Assembly (NCBI RefSeq): GCF_009914755.1
Contig: NC_060938.1
Direction: 5' to 3' (one strand)
Length of the DNA: 64,000 bases
Source: the human T2T-CHM13v2.0 reference genome, Homo sapiens
The notes below the pieces were generated by a model. That model saw only the letters and a program-made list of their open reading frames with translations, did not search any database and was not told where the DNA came from. Shown piece after piece: positions 32,060 through 46,263 of the stretch (within the stretch, counting starts at the first letter, position 1; the number at the start of each line of letters is the position of its first letter). Position numbers and translations under genes: made by a program.

Positions 32060-32346
32060 TATTTTTTGGAGACAGAGTCTAGCTCTGTCACCCAGCCTGG
32101 AGTGCAGTGGCGCGACCTCAGCTTACTGCAACCTCCGCTCCCAGGTTCAGCAATTCACATGCCTCAGCCTCCTGAGTGGCTGGGATTACAGAAGTGCACG
32201 ACCACGCCCAGCTAATTTTTGTATTTTTGGCAGAGACGGGGTTTCTCCGTGTTAGCCAGGTGGGTCTCAAACTCCTGACCTCAAGTGAGCCACCCTTCTC
32301 GGCCTCTCAAAGTGATGAAATTATAGGCATGAGCCACCGCACCCAG
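32060..32346 (-). mobile_element. AluS
   Basis: TSD acattcatttctg. Confidence 0.92.
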
Positions 32347-32700
32347 CAGAAACATTCATTTCTGTATGTAAGGTGCTTACAGTTTAGGGGCTGAGTAAAT
32401 ATAATTCCAATCCCTAATAGAAAAATATATATGCATTATTTTAAAGACAAGTCAACAGCCAGGGACAAGAGTAAAGGACTAGAAATGTCCTAGAACACAT
32501 ACATTCTTTTGTATGCTTATGTCAACAAAAACAAGTTACAGAATTAAACCAGATGAGAACTCCGTCTGCTCTCCCCTATGCGACCAGTGCTTCAGGGTTA
32601 GGGGGCAGATGAAATGGAATCCTGGCAGCCCTATAGACCTCTCACTGAAAAGCATCCCTGCTGACCACAAACCCAAGCCGGGCCCTTCCTACCTCCTCAC

Positions 32701-32985
32701 CTGTCTCAGCTGTTTCCTGATGAGGTGGAGATGTGCTGGCCCAGGGTGTGTCATCTTCAAACTGAACCCAGTTGCTGATGGCCGAGGCCAGGTCAGGTGG
32801 GGGCTGCTCAGGGCTCCCAGGTGGGGAAGCTGCTTCAGAGATGAGGCCCATCTTTTCAGAGGAGTCATCCTGCTCCGAGTGGGAATGGTCTTGAGAGCCT
32901 CCATCCACCACATGGTTCTCCCCGGAGGAGCTCTCGGACTGGTCTGGGGAAGATGACAGTCCTGGGAGGTGCTCTTCCGTGCCCC
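32701..32985 (-). CDS. STON2: Stonin-2 coding exon (GGTEEHLPG...SNWVQFEDD...QETAET), contains WVQF motif
   Basis: Overlaps ORF 32642..32911; acceptor tgtttcag|GG at 32986/32985, donor ACAG|GTGAGG at 32701/32700; 285 nt, phase 1-1, in frame with the previous exon. Confidence 0.97.
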
Positions 32986-33542
32986 CTGAAACAGATACCA
33001 GACGCCACCATCATGTGAGGAAGGCCGCTCTTCAGAGCCATCTCATGGAGGCAAAAACTAAGGATGACCATGGGGTGCCCGCATGACTCGCCACTGCAGT
33101 GAGTGGGGAGAAGAAAGAGCCACACCCATCTGACTGCATGTTAAATGACTGTTTCCCTAATCATGTGTAAATGCTGTAAGCTCAGCATGTCTCCAGTCAG
33201 TATCCTGGCAGGCAGAGACTAGGAGCCTTCTTCACTATTCTTATGCCAGCATCTACTCCAGTGCTTGGGGGTCACAAAGGAAAGTGCTTACAGAGGTCAA
33301 GTAGGAAATATACCTGAGTCAAGTGAGACAAGTGAAAGGCAAAAGGGACTGGTGGGGACTGTGGCTGAACAAGAGCACTTCTGTCTGAAGACATTCAAAT
33401 TCAAATTTCAAATTCTTTGCAGTCTAAGCTATACACAGCCACAGGACACCAGGTGCAAACCCATGTGCACTAATGACCAGCTGAATGTAACCTAGAGGTT
33501 ATTTCTGCAGCACTGTATCACTTGATTGGCCCCAGAAAATTA

Positions 33543-33899
<357 letters not shown>

Positions 33900-34063
33900 T
33901 TATGGTGGTAGATACACAAATGTATACATGTGCTGAAATTCATCAGCTGTACAACAAAAGAAGTCAATTTTTCTGTATAAAGGTTTTTAATCAAATAATT
34001 AATATAAAATCTTTTCTCCCATCACTAGCCAACCGGTCCATCTGCAAGTATTCAAAGCCTCTA

Positions 34064-34360
34064 CAGCACGTCAAACAGAAATAAAATGTGAGCTACATAT
34101 GTAATTTTAAATTTTCTAGTAGCCACATGAAAAAAATTAAACACAACAGGAGAAAGTATTTTAATAATACACATTTCAACCCAATGCTGAAAATTTATAA
34201 TTTCAACATGTAAGAAATATAAAATTATTAGCTATTTAATTTTTTTAAACTAGGTCTTTGAAATTTAGCATAGGTATCTGATGCTTACAGCACATCCCAA
34301 TTCAGACTTGTCACATTTCAGGGGCTCAGTAACCACATGGCCACCATATTGGAGAGCATA
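34064..34360. mobile_element. hAT-Charlie MITE (MER3/MER33-like)
   Basis: gtgagctacatatgtaattttaaattttctagtagccaca ... ccatattggagagc. Confidence 0.7.
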
Positions 34361-34549
34361 CCTGTCGACTCACACTTTCTAGGTGTTATAAATGACGGTG
34401 GGATGACTTCAGTTGGCACTGGTAGCTGTAGTAGAACAGAACCAACTCACATGTCTCTGCAAATATCTCCTGGATCCTACCTTGACCTTCATCCCTGAGC
34501 ACAAGTTCTCCAAAGTCAATATAGTCATCCTCCTTATGATCAAGGATGA

Positions 34550-34785
34550 CCGTACTGAGCTCTTTCCACGTGCCAGGCACTGCTCTAAGCACTTTTATGT
34601 ATGAATTCACTTAAGCCTCACAGCAACCTGTGAGATAGGTACTGATTATCCCTACTGTACAGATAATGAAGCTATGCATGGAGAGGTTAAATAAATAATC
34701 TACCCAAAAGCATATCACTCATCCCTGGTGCAACAGGGATTTGAACCCAAGCACTCTGGCTCCAGAGCCTGTCACTTTTAACAAC
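34550..34785 (+). mobile_element. MIR
   Basis: gtgccaggcactgctctaagcactt, ggatttgaacccaag core. Confidence 0.75.
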
Positions 34786-35100
34786 TACTTTTAATAACTA
34801 CATTTTAAAAAGGCTGAGAGTAAAGTATTTGGTAAATATTAAGTTTTTGTTTCTTGGGAGAAAAGAGCCACTACCTTTGGTGTTTCCAAGCCTCTTTTTA
34901 GGGCCCTAAGGTTCCCAAGATGCTTTTTCAGTGTGTAAATTCTTCCACTTAGGATTCTAAGATCTCAAGAAAGAAAGTGAGAAACTGACCCTTTTTTCTA
35001 TATTAAGATCCCACCCAAAGAATAATCAAGTAGAAGCCATAACAAATAGACATGGTTCTTTGACAATCTCTTCACTTTAGGAAACGAAGGCACTCCTTAC

Positions 35101-35188
35101 CCTGCGAGTGGGCAGGAAAGGGTGGCTCTTCATTGAAGGAGACCCATTCTGACTGGTGGGTGGCAATCACATGGTCCAAAGTCGTCAT
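35101..35188 (-). CDS. STON2: Stonin-2 first coding exon segment ([29 protein letters not shown]+G), contains WVSF motif
   Basis: Manual translation matches the stonin-2 N-terminus; ATG at 35188-35186; donor CAGG|GTAAGG at 35101/35100; 88 nt, phase 1. Confidence 0.96.
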
Positions 35189-35386
35189 GCTAAAAAGGCA
35201 CTGGTCATCTTCACACTGCTGACCTCAGGTGAACCCCAGAATACTGTCTGGGGTGGGCTGGAGTAGGGGTATGGTAGTACGGTAGACTTGGGTCCAGGGT
35301 CTGTTCTAGGTGTCTTGCCAAGGGCAGTACTCAGAATGTAGACAGATCAGCCTCTCTTGCCGTTGGTTAATCTGCCAGGCAGAAAT
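35189..35386 (-). other. STON2: 5' UTR part (198 nt) of the STON2 ATG-containing exon
   Basis: Acceptor tttgtttgtttgttaaacag|ATTTC at 35387/35386. Confidence 0.8.
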
Positions 35387-37084
35387 CTGTTTAACAAACA
35401 AACAAACAAAAAATTAAAAAGGATAACCATCACATTACACTGAATCCACATAGGTCTAGGGCTTTTAGCGCTGCCCACAAGAAGGCTTGGGGTGGTTTCC
35501 AACTTGCCTTACTTCACTCTGTTCCTGTCATGCCCTCACCTTTTATACTGAAATGTCTGTCTTTAGCATCAAGGTTTCTAGATAAGCCTTCATATCACAC
35601 TTGCAAATAATTACACAAATTTCAGCAATTAGATTCTCTAATTTCCCTAATTATTGTATTTTAGAAATATTGTCATCTATAATACTATCATTGCTAAACA
35701 AATATTAAAACTTTTCAAAATGCTTTCACTTTCTCTTACTAGCTGGCAAAATAAAAGCATGTTCTTTTCTATTAAATTAGTCCAGTTTCTTGCCTTAGGC
35801 AGGTAACTCTTTATAAACCTGATTTAAATCTCTGGCAGAAACCCAACAATCTCCAGATGGTATCTCCAAGCATGGTTTATCAATCAAGAAAAATAGAAAT
35901 GAAGTGATCTTGTTCATTTGGAGTAAGAGGATAGGGAACATCTGTGGTAGTGAAAAATGTGAGTTAGAGTAACATTTTCAATCTAGGCCTATTTAAATTA
36001 GTTACAATGGTCTAGCCTTTGCTCACACTGCAATTATGTTCTAGGAATACAGAAAGATTCTTAATTGACATAATTTTGTTCATGGTATTAATATCTTTTT
36101 ACAACCTGAACCTAGCTCTTGATCTAATAATGATTTATAATGAATTAATAAAATCTGAATTTATCTAAAATTAATGTGCTTCCATAGAAGAGCTACTATA
36201 TACCTTGAACAATATCAGTTCTTATTAACTAAATATACACAATATTCAGATAGTTTCTAGAACAACTTAACTCACAGTCTTCCAATTGCTGCACAATGAA
36301 AAGTTTAGGAAATTTTACTACAGGTTATCATCTGCAGTAAATAATCTCTAGGTGGGAAAATCGGTAAAAACATGAACAGCTTTTGCTTTTTTGGTGTTTA
36401 AAACAGTTTTGGCATATGATGCTTCCTAAAAACAACTAATGTTTATATAGAATTTATAATTTTCAGAAACACATTTTCATACCATACTTCACTTGATTCA
36501 GTAGCCATTTTGATGAGTAGGACTCATAGTACTCTAATTCTTCTATGGATAAAGAAATTTGGGCTGAGAAAAATTAAGTGACTTACCTAATACTTTTAGT
36601 GCTTCCAGGCCCTTTTGGTAAAATGCTTCCTCCAGGCTAAGTGGAAGAGTTTACAAATCTCAGCACAGTGGCTGACTTTTCTTCATAATAAGATCTCACC
36701 CAAAGAATAATCAAGTAAAAGCCATAACAAGCAGGTGTGTTTGAAGCACCACACTAAGTGATAGATCCAACCCTTGAGCCCAGGTCTTCTGCAGCCAAAA
36801 CACTCTAACCCTGGTGTCACAGCCGCAAAGAAGTACAACAGAATACAGTACATATAGACTATCACCCAACTTAAGTACTTTACAAATATCAATTACAATG
36901 GAACTGTAATGAAATGTCCGGGAAACTCCCCATGTGAAAGTTTGCCAGCACACCCCAAGCTGTATAAAGGATGGGAAGCCCAGAAGCCTCTTCTCCAAGT
37001 CCCTCTCCTAGGATCCTTGCCAACCACAAGGCCAGACATAGGCAAACAGCCTGGAGAGAGCAGGTCTCCCAAACCAGATCTTAC

Positions 37085-37230
37085 CAGAGAGCAGTGCAGG
37101 GTCCACAAGCACAAAGAGCTGATTCCCACTGGCTTCTGCCTATGACGACTTTCTCAAGCCCTGTCAAATGTGTGTCACTCAATGTGGTAATGGCTGCGGG
37201 CCAAGATAAGGCAGTAAAATTGAAGAGTCA
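37085..37230 (-). other. STON2: Candidate proximal alternative first (non-coding) exon of STON2; 5' end approximate
   Basis: Donor CTG|GTAAGA at 37085/37084 in unique sequence 1.7 kb upstream of the ATG exon; the TSS cannot be seen from sequence. Confidence 0.5.
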
Positions 37231-40200
37231 GATTCCTCCTCTTTCAACGACAGCAGCATGTAAACCAGCCCCACAGCACCCGTCAAAAAAAAAAAAAAAA
37301 AAAAAACCCACAATACAAGTCCCTATGCTGACACATGCAGTGTCATCACTCAATGGGGAAAACATCCTGCCAATCCTGCAATGATGAACCCAGCAAAAGT
37401 CATGGATAAGTGGGGTAGGGAAGAGAACAGGGGACGAAGGTGAAGGTAAGAGGAAAATATTTAAAAATTTTAAACTGAAAGGTTTTAAAGATCAACAACT
37501 TCAGGTGTTATGAGAAAACTGAGGCCCAAGGAAATCAGGCACACGAATAGAGATTGTGATCACAGGCCCAGGAGTTAGGTTGTTCGGATTTGAGTCCTAT
37601 ACAGTCTTGGAGTCCTATACAGTCGTGGACTCATAACTCAACCTCTTTAAGCTTCAGTTCAACCTTGTACAGAAAGAATAATAAAACTCACTCCATAATT
37701 CCGAGGATTAAACAAGATAATGTACGCCAAGTACTAAGGACTGGATGTAATAAACCCTCTGTAACGATGACAATGAAAACAGCAGGTGACCTTACAGAGG
37801 GCTTACTGTGCCCCAGGCTCCATTCCAAACCAATGTTAGCCATCGCCAGCACTGCTGCTATTGTTAAATGACTCGCCCAACGTTGCGTAACTTGTTCGTA
37901 GAAGTCTTGGGACTGGAATGCAGATTTCATGAAACCACTGCATTTCTGTCATTTGCAGAATCTGGTTTCAGTCATTGTTCAAAATGCTAAGTAGAGTCAT
38001 GTGCTCAGCTACAGTGCCCAGAAGGCAGATTCTAAATCCTCTTCATTATAGATATAGGTGCATTCTGGCCAAAGTACCAAGACCATTCCTCAGAACGTAT
38101 GAACGAAAAAAGAGCCCCAAAACTTTATCTATCCTTCCTTCACTTGTCCCAGACCAGACATGGGCTGGTGACAGACAATGAGTGGTCCCAATGAAGACTG
38201 GTGGAACAAATTGATCACATGGAACCCCCCATCATATTCCATACCATAAATCCATAAAATGGATTTTAGGTATTTGCCATGGAAGAGCCACACCAATAAG
38301 CCATAAGAAATCAGACCTTGAAAAGTGCTGTGCTAAGCAGCTGGAAACCCACAGAAGAACCCAATAATTGTGAGGTTAAGTTCATACTGGAATTAGTTGC
38401 TTGGTAAAAACCTCACCCCATTTTTAGAATGTGAATCATAAAATGAGGTTTAGAATCACCACAAATGAGTGGTGACTCAGTATCAGCAGGAGGATTGACC
38501 AACAGATGCTAAAAGTTTCATTGAAGTCTTGGAGTTGCCATTTCAGAGAGCTACTTCTTTCTCAGCATTATACAAAAATTTGTAGAAGGGAGAATGCAAT
38601 TGTCTGATAAGATGGGGGTCATAGAAGTAGTTTTGTCTTATGACAGTCCTCTAATTGCCACAGTTTAGCCGTAGGGAGATCTCTGAGAGTTGGAACCATA
38701 TGGGACTGGGTGGGTTTCTGAGATGTGAAGGATGTCCTTGATTCTGGACCAACAGAGGGACAAGTGAGGGAAGCCTCTGGACAGGGGATCACCGCAAGTG
38801 ACAGTAAAAATCAGAAGCAGACCTTAACAAGGTGTGTTTCTGTCTGAACAAGCCTCTGTCTGATGAGAGCAGAGGTATCTACTGGGGGAATATGGAGTGA
38901 AGGGATTGATTGACCATAAAAGCTAAGGAGAGTTCAAGGGGAAATGAGAAGCTGTGGGAGGTTTAAAAGCAGAGAGTGACTCAAGAAGTGTGCTTAAGGG
39001 AGATAAGCCTTCCTCAGACAGTGCTGGACAGAAGCGTGGTGATGGAATTTTTCAGCCATCAGTACCTCCGGTGTGTCTCACAAAGTTGGGGGGCACAGTC
39101 ATCAGGAACATGTACTGTTTCTGCCCATTCTAGGGCCTGAGGGTCAAGGGAGAACAAAACAGCATCTCTGCCCTCAAGCAGCTGTCAACTGCAGGGAGAT
39201 ACCACAGCAACCTAAAACAATAACCTCTGCTCTCTAACCTATTCTGGTGGTTAGTCACCAAAAGTAGGACAGCAGCAAGTAAGAGTGTTAAGAGACTTCT
39301 GAGAGCTTGAGCTATAGGTGGTCTTGAACTGTACCCTAAGCCGGAAAGGAGGGGTCTGAGCAAAAGAGCTGAGGGGCACAGGCACTCAGGAAGGGGGAGC
39401 AGGAATGGTATGTCTAGCCCACAGTGAGTTACACTCTGTTCATCTGAAGAGGGTGTCAAGCATCCTGGAAAAGGAGCTCTAAGTTTCAGAACGAGTTTGA
39501 GCTCTGGAGCTTACCCTCTCCAATCCCACTGCCAATGCCTTGGCTCAGCCCCTCATGATCTCTCACGCAGACAGTTGCAAGTCTCCTACCTGTCTCCCTG
39601 CCTTCAGTATCACCTGCTCAAACCTACTATCCAGCCTATTATGGTAGAGTTATCTTCCTAAAACCTGAAAATGGCTATGCTACAGCTCTGCTTACAGCTC
39701 CTCAAAGTCTCCTCACAGGATAAAATGAGGTATGAGAAATGAACAAAGGATTCCTGAGAGCAGGGGTTGCATGCTATACCCTCAGCATTGAGCATAGTGC
39801 CTGGCACAGGTTAGCAGCTCAATAAAAATTGTCGTATAAATGCAGGCACTTTGTGAATCTGGCCCTGATCCACCTCTCTAATCCCATGTGTCATTCTCTC
39901 CCCTTGTGAATCCTATATTCCTGATGAACTGAGTTATTTGAAAGACTGTGTTTTTTAATATACTTTGTCCTATTCGATCACTTGTTCATATATTAATACA
40001 TTATTAAATACTATATTTGGGATACATTTTCCCTACATTTTTATTTCATGAGCTCCTGCTCACCTTCAAGTCTTAGCTCAATCATTATCTCAGGCTTGGC
40101 TCAACAAGCATTTATGCCAAGTGGCAATCACTGAATGCAAAGATAAAGAACACAAATTATTTTGCCATAAAACCTTTATAATATGCATGCTCATTGTCTT

Positions 40201-41319
40201 TTGCCTACTCAACACCCAAAACTCCTTTCTTTTTCGAGAAAAAAAATATTATCTTTACATCCCTCCTGGCAATTAATCCAGGCTTTGTCAACGGCTGCTA
40301 GAATATTGAGGGAATGCTAAAAGGTACAAGGGCCTTGAATACATGCAAGAGTGGCATGCGAACAATGGAAACTTGACCCAAGCCCAGAAGCAGGCACAAC
40401 TCAATTCCGTGGCAATGGTGACAAGTGCAGCATCTTAACCAGACCCATGGTGTGACTCTGTCTCTGTTTACTGCCGGCTAGGTCCTATGGCTCCTACCTA
40501 TTTTCCAAGCCACGTTTGAGAGTCATCTGGCAATCCAATGAGCTCTTTCATACCCTTGAATAGACTTCTTTCCTGCTTGTATTAGCCAAAATTAATTTCT
40601 GTTGCTTGCAACCAAAAACTCTGATCTATGGTGGTACTCCTCAACTTCCAATAAGTAAAGTACCACACTTCCCACTTGCCCTTTATCCCCCATATCTTCT
40701 GAATGCTGATACTATCTTAACTTACACTCATTTACCAAATTATAATGAAATTATTTGCTAATGTCGCTATATGAGGAAAGGGACTTGATCTTTTGCTTAT
40801 TGATGTCTTTAACTCTTAGAATAGGGTATGGCTTTTAGTAAATGCTTGTTGGGTAACCAGCTGAATGAATGAATTTGCCTTAACATACAGTAGGTAGCCT
40901 CTTCAGCTCTTTTGAGACGTTAATAAATGTTTTAGGAAGGTTAATTTAAACACTATGTGTAAAACAGCTTCGGAGAAAATCTAGATATAGGGAAATATGT
41001 TCATTCCCCTTTCTCTTTGATCTAAAATTATATCATCCAATTCCAATACAGCAGACACTAGACATAGGGACTACTGATATGTGGTTAATCTGAATGAGTT
41101 GTTCCTTAAGTGTAAAATATACACCAGACTTTAAAGAGTATAAAAAGGTGTAAAATATCTAATAATTTTATACTGCTTTCATGTTAAAATGGTATCCTGG
41201 ATGTATTAGCTTAAGTAAAACATACTGTTAAAATTAATTTCACCAGTTCCTTTCAACTTTTTTAAATGAAACTACTAAAATATTTAAAATCATATATAAG
41301 TAGCCCACACTATATTTCT

Positions 41320-41615
41320 TCCTTTTTTAACTGAGACAGGATCTCACTCTTGCTCATGCTGGAGTACAGGGCACTATCACAGCTCACTACAGCCTTGACC
41401 TCTGCAGGCCCATGTGATCCTCCCACCTCAGCCTCCTGAGTAGCTGGGTCTATAAGTGCACACCATCACACCCACCTAATTTTAAAAAATGTTTCCGTAG
41501 AGACAGGGTCTCACTCTGTTGCCCAGGCTGGTCTCAAACTCCTGGGCTCAAGCAATCCTCCCACCTCAGTCTCCCAAAGTGCTGGGATTACAGGCACAAG
41601 TTACTGCACCTGGCC
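41320..41615 (-). mobile_element. AluJ nested in a MER3/MER33-like element (about 41035-41650)
   Basis: Reverse AluJ diagnostics. Confidence 0.85.
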
Positions 41616-42573
41616 TCATGGTATATTCCTATTGGACAGCAATGCTCTAAAGCAGTCCATTTTTTATTTCATCCTTGATTTTGAAGGCTACTTTTCACAA
41701 GACAGAGAATTTTTCCTTCAGTATTTTGCCTTTTGGTCTGAATGTTTCTAATGAGCAGTTGATTATATGTAATTACTCATGCTTATATAATGTGTCTTCT
41801 TTCCTCTAATGGCTTTCAATATTTTCTCTTTATCTTTCATTTTCAGCAACTGACTATAGTGCATTTGGATGTAGTTTTCTTAGAACTCATTTTACTCGAA
41901 GTTAGTGGAGTTTCTTGAATCTGTATGTCCATTTTTTCATTAAATTTGGAAAAACTAAGTCAGTATTTCTTCAAATGTGTTTTTCTGCCCCTTTTCCATC
42001 TCTTCTGCTAATCTGTCCTTGCGTTCACTGACTCTTTCTCTTCTCATCTCCATTCTCCCATAAGCTTATCCCATGAATTTTGTATCTTATTCAGCTTTTC
42101 CATTTTATAATGTTATTTTACAGTTTCTATTTCTTTGCTGTGATGCCTTATATATTCACTCATTGTGACAATATTTTCCTTTAGTTCTTTGAACATATTT
42201 ATAACGGCTGCTTTAAAGACTTTGCCTGCTAAATCCAACCTCTAGACCATTTGGGATTAGTTACTATTGTTTTTTTTTTTTTTTTGCTTGACTATGGTTT
42301 TTATTTTCCTAAGGTTTTTACTTTCCTAAGGTTTTTTTTTTTTTTTTGCATACCTAATAATTGTTGGTGATACACTGAAGACCTTCTGGATTTGACTTTC
42401 CTCTGCAGAGTGCTGATGTTTGTTCCAGCAGGCAGTCTGACCAAGTGCTGCTCGCCTAGAGCTTGTATAAAGCTTGGTCTTTTACTTCATTGGATTAATT
42501 TGTTTCCCATGGCCCTCTAATTGCCATAGGACTCAATTTCTAAACTCTGTCTCCCCTGTAGATCTTGACAGGG

Positions 42574-43109
42574 TATGATGGTTAATATTGAGCGTCAACT
42601 TGATTGGACTGAAGGATGCAAAGTATTGTTCCCAGGTATGTCTTTAAGGGTGTTGCCAAAGGAGATTAACATTTGAGTCAGTGGACTGGGAGAGGCAGAC
42701 TCACTCTCAATCTGGGTGGGTACCATCTAATCAGTAGCTAGTGTGGCTAGAATAAAGCAGGCAGAAGAAAGTGGAATGACCAGACTTGCTGAGTCTTCTG
42801 GCCTTCATCTTTCTCCCATGCTGGATGCTTCCTGCCCTCAAACATCAGACTCCAATTTCTTCAGCTTTTGGACTCTTGGACTTACACCAGTGATTTGCCA
42901 GGGGCTCCTGGGCCTTTGACCACAGACTGAAGGCCACACTGTCGGCTTCCCTACTTTTGAGGTTTTGGGGCTCGGATTGGATTCCTTGCTCCTCAGCTTG
43001 AAGACAGCCTACTGTGGGACTTCACCTTGTGATCAATACTCCTTAATAAACTACCCTTCATATATACATCTATCCTATTAATTCTGTCCCTTTAGAGAAC
43101 CCTAACACA
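42574..43109 (+). mobile_element. MLT2A (ERVL) solo LTR within old antisense L1 sequence (about 41700-43950)
   Basis: gatggttaatattgagcgtcaacttgattgg start, ccctttagagaaccctaa end, 5-bp TSD caggg. Confidence 0.92.
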
Positions 43110-43164
43110 CAGGGCTTGGTTCTAGGCTTTGCTAGGGTAGCTTAAAGTAAATCTTACTCTAGAG

Positions 43165-43413
43165 CATGGGCTGGCAAACTACAGCCACAGCCTAAGTCTG
43201 ACCCTCTGCCTTTTTTGGTAAATAAAGTTGTATTATTAGTATATTTACCAGCCACACTCATTAGTTTACATATTGTCTATGGCTGCTTTTGGTCTACAAT
43301 AGCAGAGTTGAGTAGCTGTGACAGATACTGTATGGCTCACAGGGACTGAAATAATTACTGCTCAATAATAATAACTACTGGCCCTTTACAGAAAAAAATT
43401 TACAGACCCTCCT
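43165..43413 (+). mobile_element. MER58A-like hAT MITE
   Basis: ggcaaactacagcc..gtaaataaagtt..tggccctttacagaaaaa. Confidence 0.8.
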
Positions 43414-44944
43414 TGAGAACATGATCCTTACCCCTAAGACACAGGCTTTCCATACTTGGTTGGATGCTTGAGATGTTAATAAGACGTTAACGAGCTCTTT
43501 CCACTGTGGCTGGGCTGGACCACCAATGTCCCCCACTATTGCCTGATGTCCAGTATCTTTGTCCCATTCTCAATCCTCCAGCAGCCACTCTATTAAGCTC
43601 TGCATGGTTTCAGTGTGCACCTGTGCACTCTAAACTGGCCAACGGTTCTCTGGGTACACCCAGACATACTTCTGCTCCTCTCTCCCCATCCCCATGCTCT
43701 CTGCTCCCCAACTCTCTGCTCTCTGGTGCCCTGTCCTGCAGATTCCAGCTGCTTCAATTGCCCCAAACTCTGATCTCTGTTTTCTTAGCTCAGTATGACT
43801 GCTGTGCTTGGCTTAGACTCCAGCTGACCACACTGCAGTCACGAAACTCTTCCCTGGAAAAGAGCCAAGGCGAGTGTCAGGCTCACCTCAGGATAGAAAA
43901 TCTTGTGCTGCCTGTTGACCGAAGCCTGAAAACAGTTGCCTCATAGATGTTGCTGTTTTGTGGTTGTTCGCTGCAGAAGAAGGGCTAGTTACCAAGTATA
44001 ACCAGAACTGGAAGTCCTCCCCTGGAACATTACTTTCTGACTTGTGTTCACTTTTAAAAAGAGACTAGTTCAGACATCTAAATACAGGTCATTTCACAGT
44101 AATGTACTGAAAATTAATTGGAAATTTTACAGAAATTTTATAAATTATATGAGAATAAAAGGAAGGTTTCACTCAGCCATATAGATTAATTCCATTGCTC
44201 CAGAGCTGGGAAAATGATTTATTTTGTTAGGTTAGCTATGCTATATAATACAAAAACATTACTTGTGCCTGGTTAGTGATCCAAAAGAGGTTGTTAAATC
44301 TTTGGCCATCTTCCCTGTCTACCTCTTTTTCATAGGTATTAAGCTAGGTAGCGTCTATGAAAATCGCCACATCCACTTTTTGGGTTTGAGACTATTGGCA
44401 ACCACTGTCCAGTCATCTGTTTGGAGTTTATGCAGAAACATCTTCAACTAGATCCTGGTGTCCATTCCAAACCCACAAGTAAGGCCTCAGTTTTCTCTTG
44501 AATAAGGACAAGCATCTAAAGGTCAAATCAAAAGCTACAAAGAAAGGAAGAATGGGAAAAACAGACTACATAAATTCTACATATTTCTTTACAGTGTTCT
44601 TCTAAAGCAAGATATTCAGCTACCTTATTGAGCATCTATTATGCACTCAGAATTGTGCATAGCACAGCGACACAAGATAATAACAAGCTTTCATACACTG
44701 ATATCTGTGTCACAGTGGGCTACAGGAGCCATAGAAGCTGAATCAGAAGTTGAAATAACCATGCTGCTTGTTTCATAAGTTGCTAGAACAAAGAGAAGAC
44801 TGGAAGGCCCCATTACCCTGTGAGGAAGACTAAATTAGATTAAGGACTTGAATACTGCTTCTCTTCCCTTTCCTCTTCCACATTCTTTTCCTTGATGAGA
44901 GACCTGAATTCTCATTAATAAAACCTGAACAGAGTTCACTGAAG

Positions 44945-44983
44945 AACACACACACACACACACACACGCGCACACACACACAC
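44945..44983. repeat. (CA)n microsatellite with CG interruption
   Basis: Direct read. Confidence 0.95.
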
Positions 44984-45930
44984 ATTAATTAATAGGTACC
45001 TTGATGCTCCTAAAAGAGAAAATGAGTTGAGTAATCCTGGTTGTTTGCTCTTATTATTTCGACGTTTAAAAATTTCATTCTTTCATTTAAATATTTTATT
45101 TTAAAAAACAAAAGGAGACCACCCAATCTTCTTCCAATTTCCATTGAAAACTGGGGAACAGAATGAACACCTCAGCCTCAAGTCAAACATGTATGAGAAA
45201 GAAGTCCAAAAGAAACAAATGTCATACTTTGACCACAGTTAGCATCTATCTATGATTCTCCATAAGTGAACTCCCTCTTCTTTTTCTCTTACAAGCACAC
45301 ACAGCATAATCTCCTAACCCTAGGTGGCTTCCTTCTCTAAAGTCATATTACTTGTGTGTATGAGTGTGTGTATATGTGTGTATACACACTTATAAATATA
45401 CACATTTATGTACATGCATACATATATGTATATCCCAAGGTTATAATTACAAAATACTCTACTGTGTGATTTTCCTTCAAAATCAACAATCCCTATGGCT
45501 CTGCTATCTAACAATTCCATGGCCCCACATTCAGAGTCAAGAATCTAAGTTACACTTGGCTTGAAAAACTGGTTAGGCATTGCCTCTGATCTTTGGTGCA
45601 TTCCTGAGGCAGTGACCTTGACTGACATCCCCACGTACCTGAGCAGTGTATCACATTAGTGAATGGCTCTGGTAGGAGGTCAGGCTTTAAAGTTTGCAAA
45701 ACATTTTCCAGTTCCTTGAACTCTTAGAAGACATTGACTTACTCCATCTTGGTACATTCATCTTGGTTTAACTCCACTTCATATTTTTTTTGAAATGAGA
45801 ATACTAATATTTTGTCTATGTGACAGTAGGGAGTTGATGTGGATAATTTCTTATCTATATTTTAGAGCCATATATAAATTAGATGCATTTTACAATTCAT
45901 CTAATTTCAGAGAAGATAAAATATTTTTTA

Positions 45931-46263
<333 letters not shown>

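Noticed and set aside
42574-43109. MLT2A LTR as an embryonic (DUX4-type) STON2 promoter
   Set aside because: Oriented antisense to STON2 and the DUX-like motif reads tgattggactg, which is degenerate
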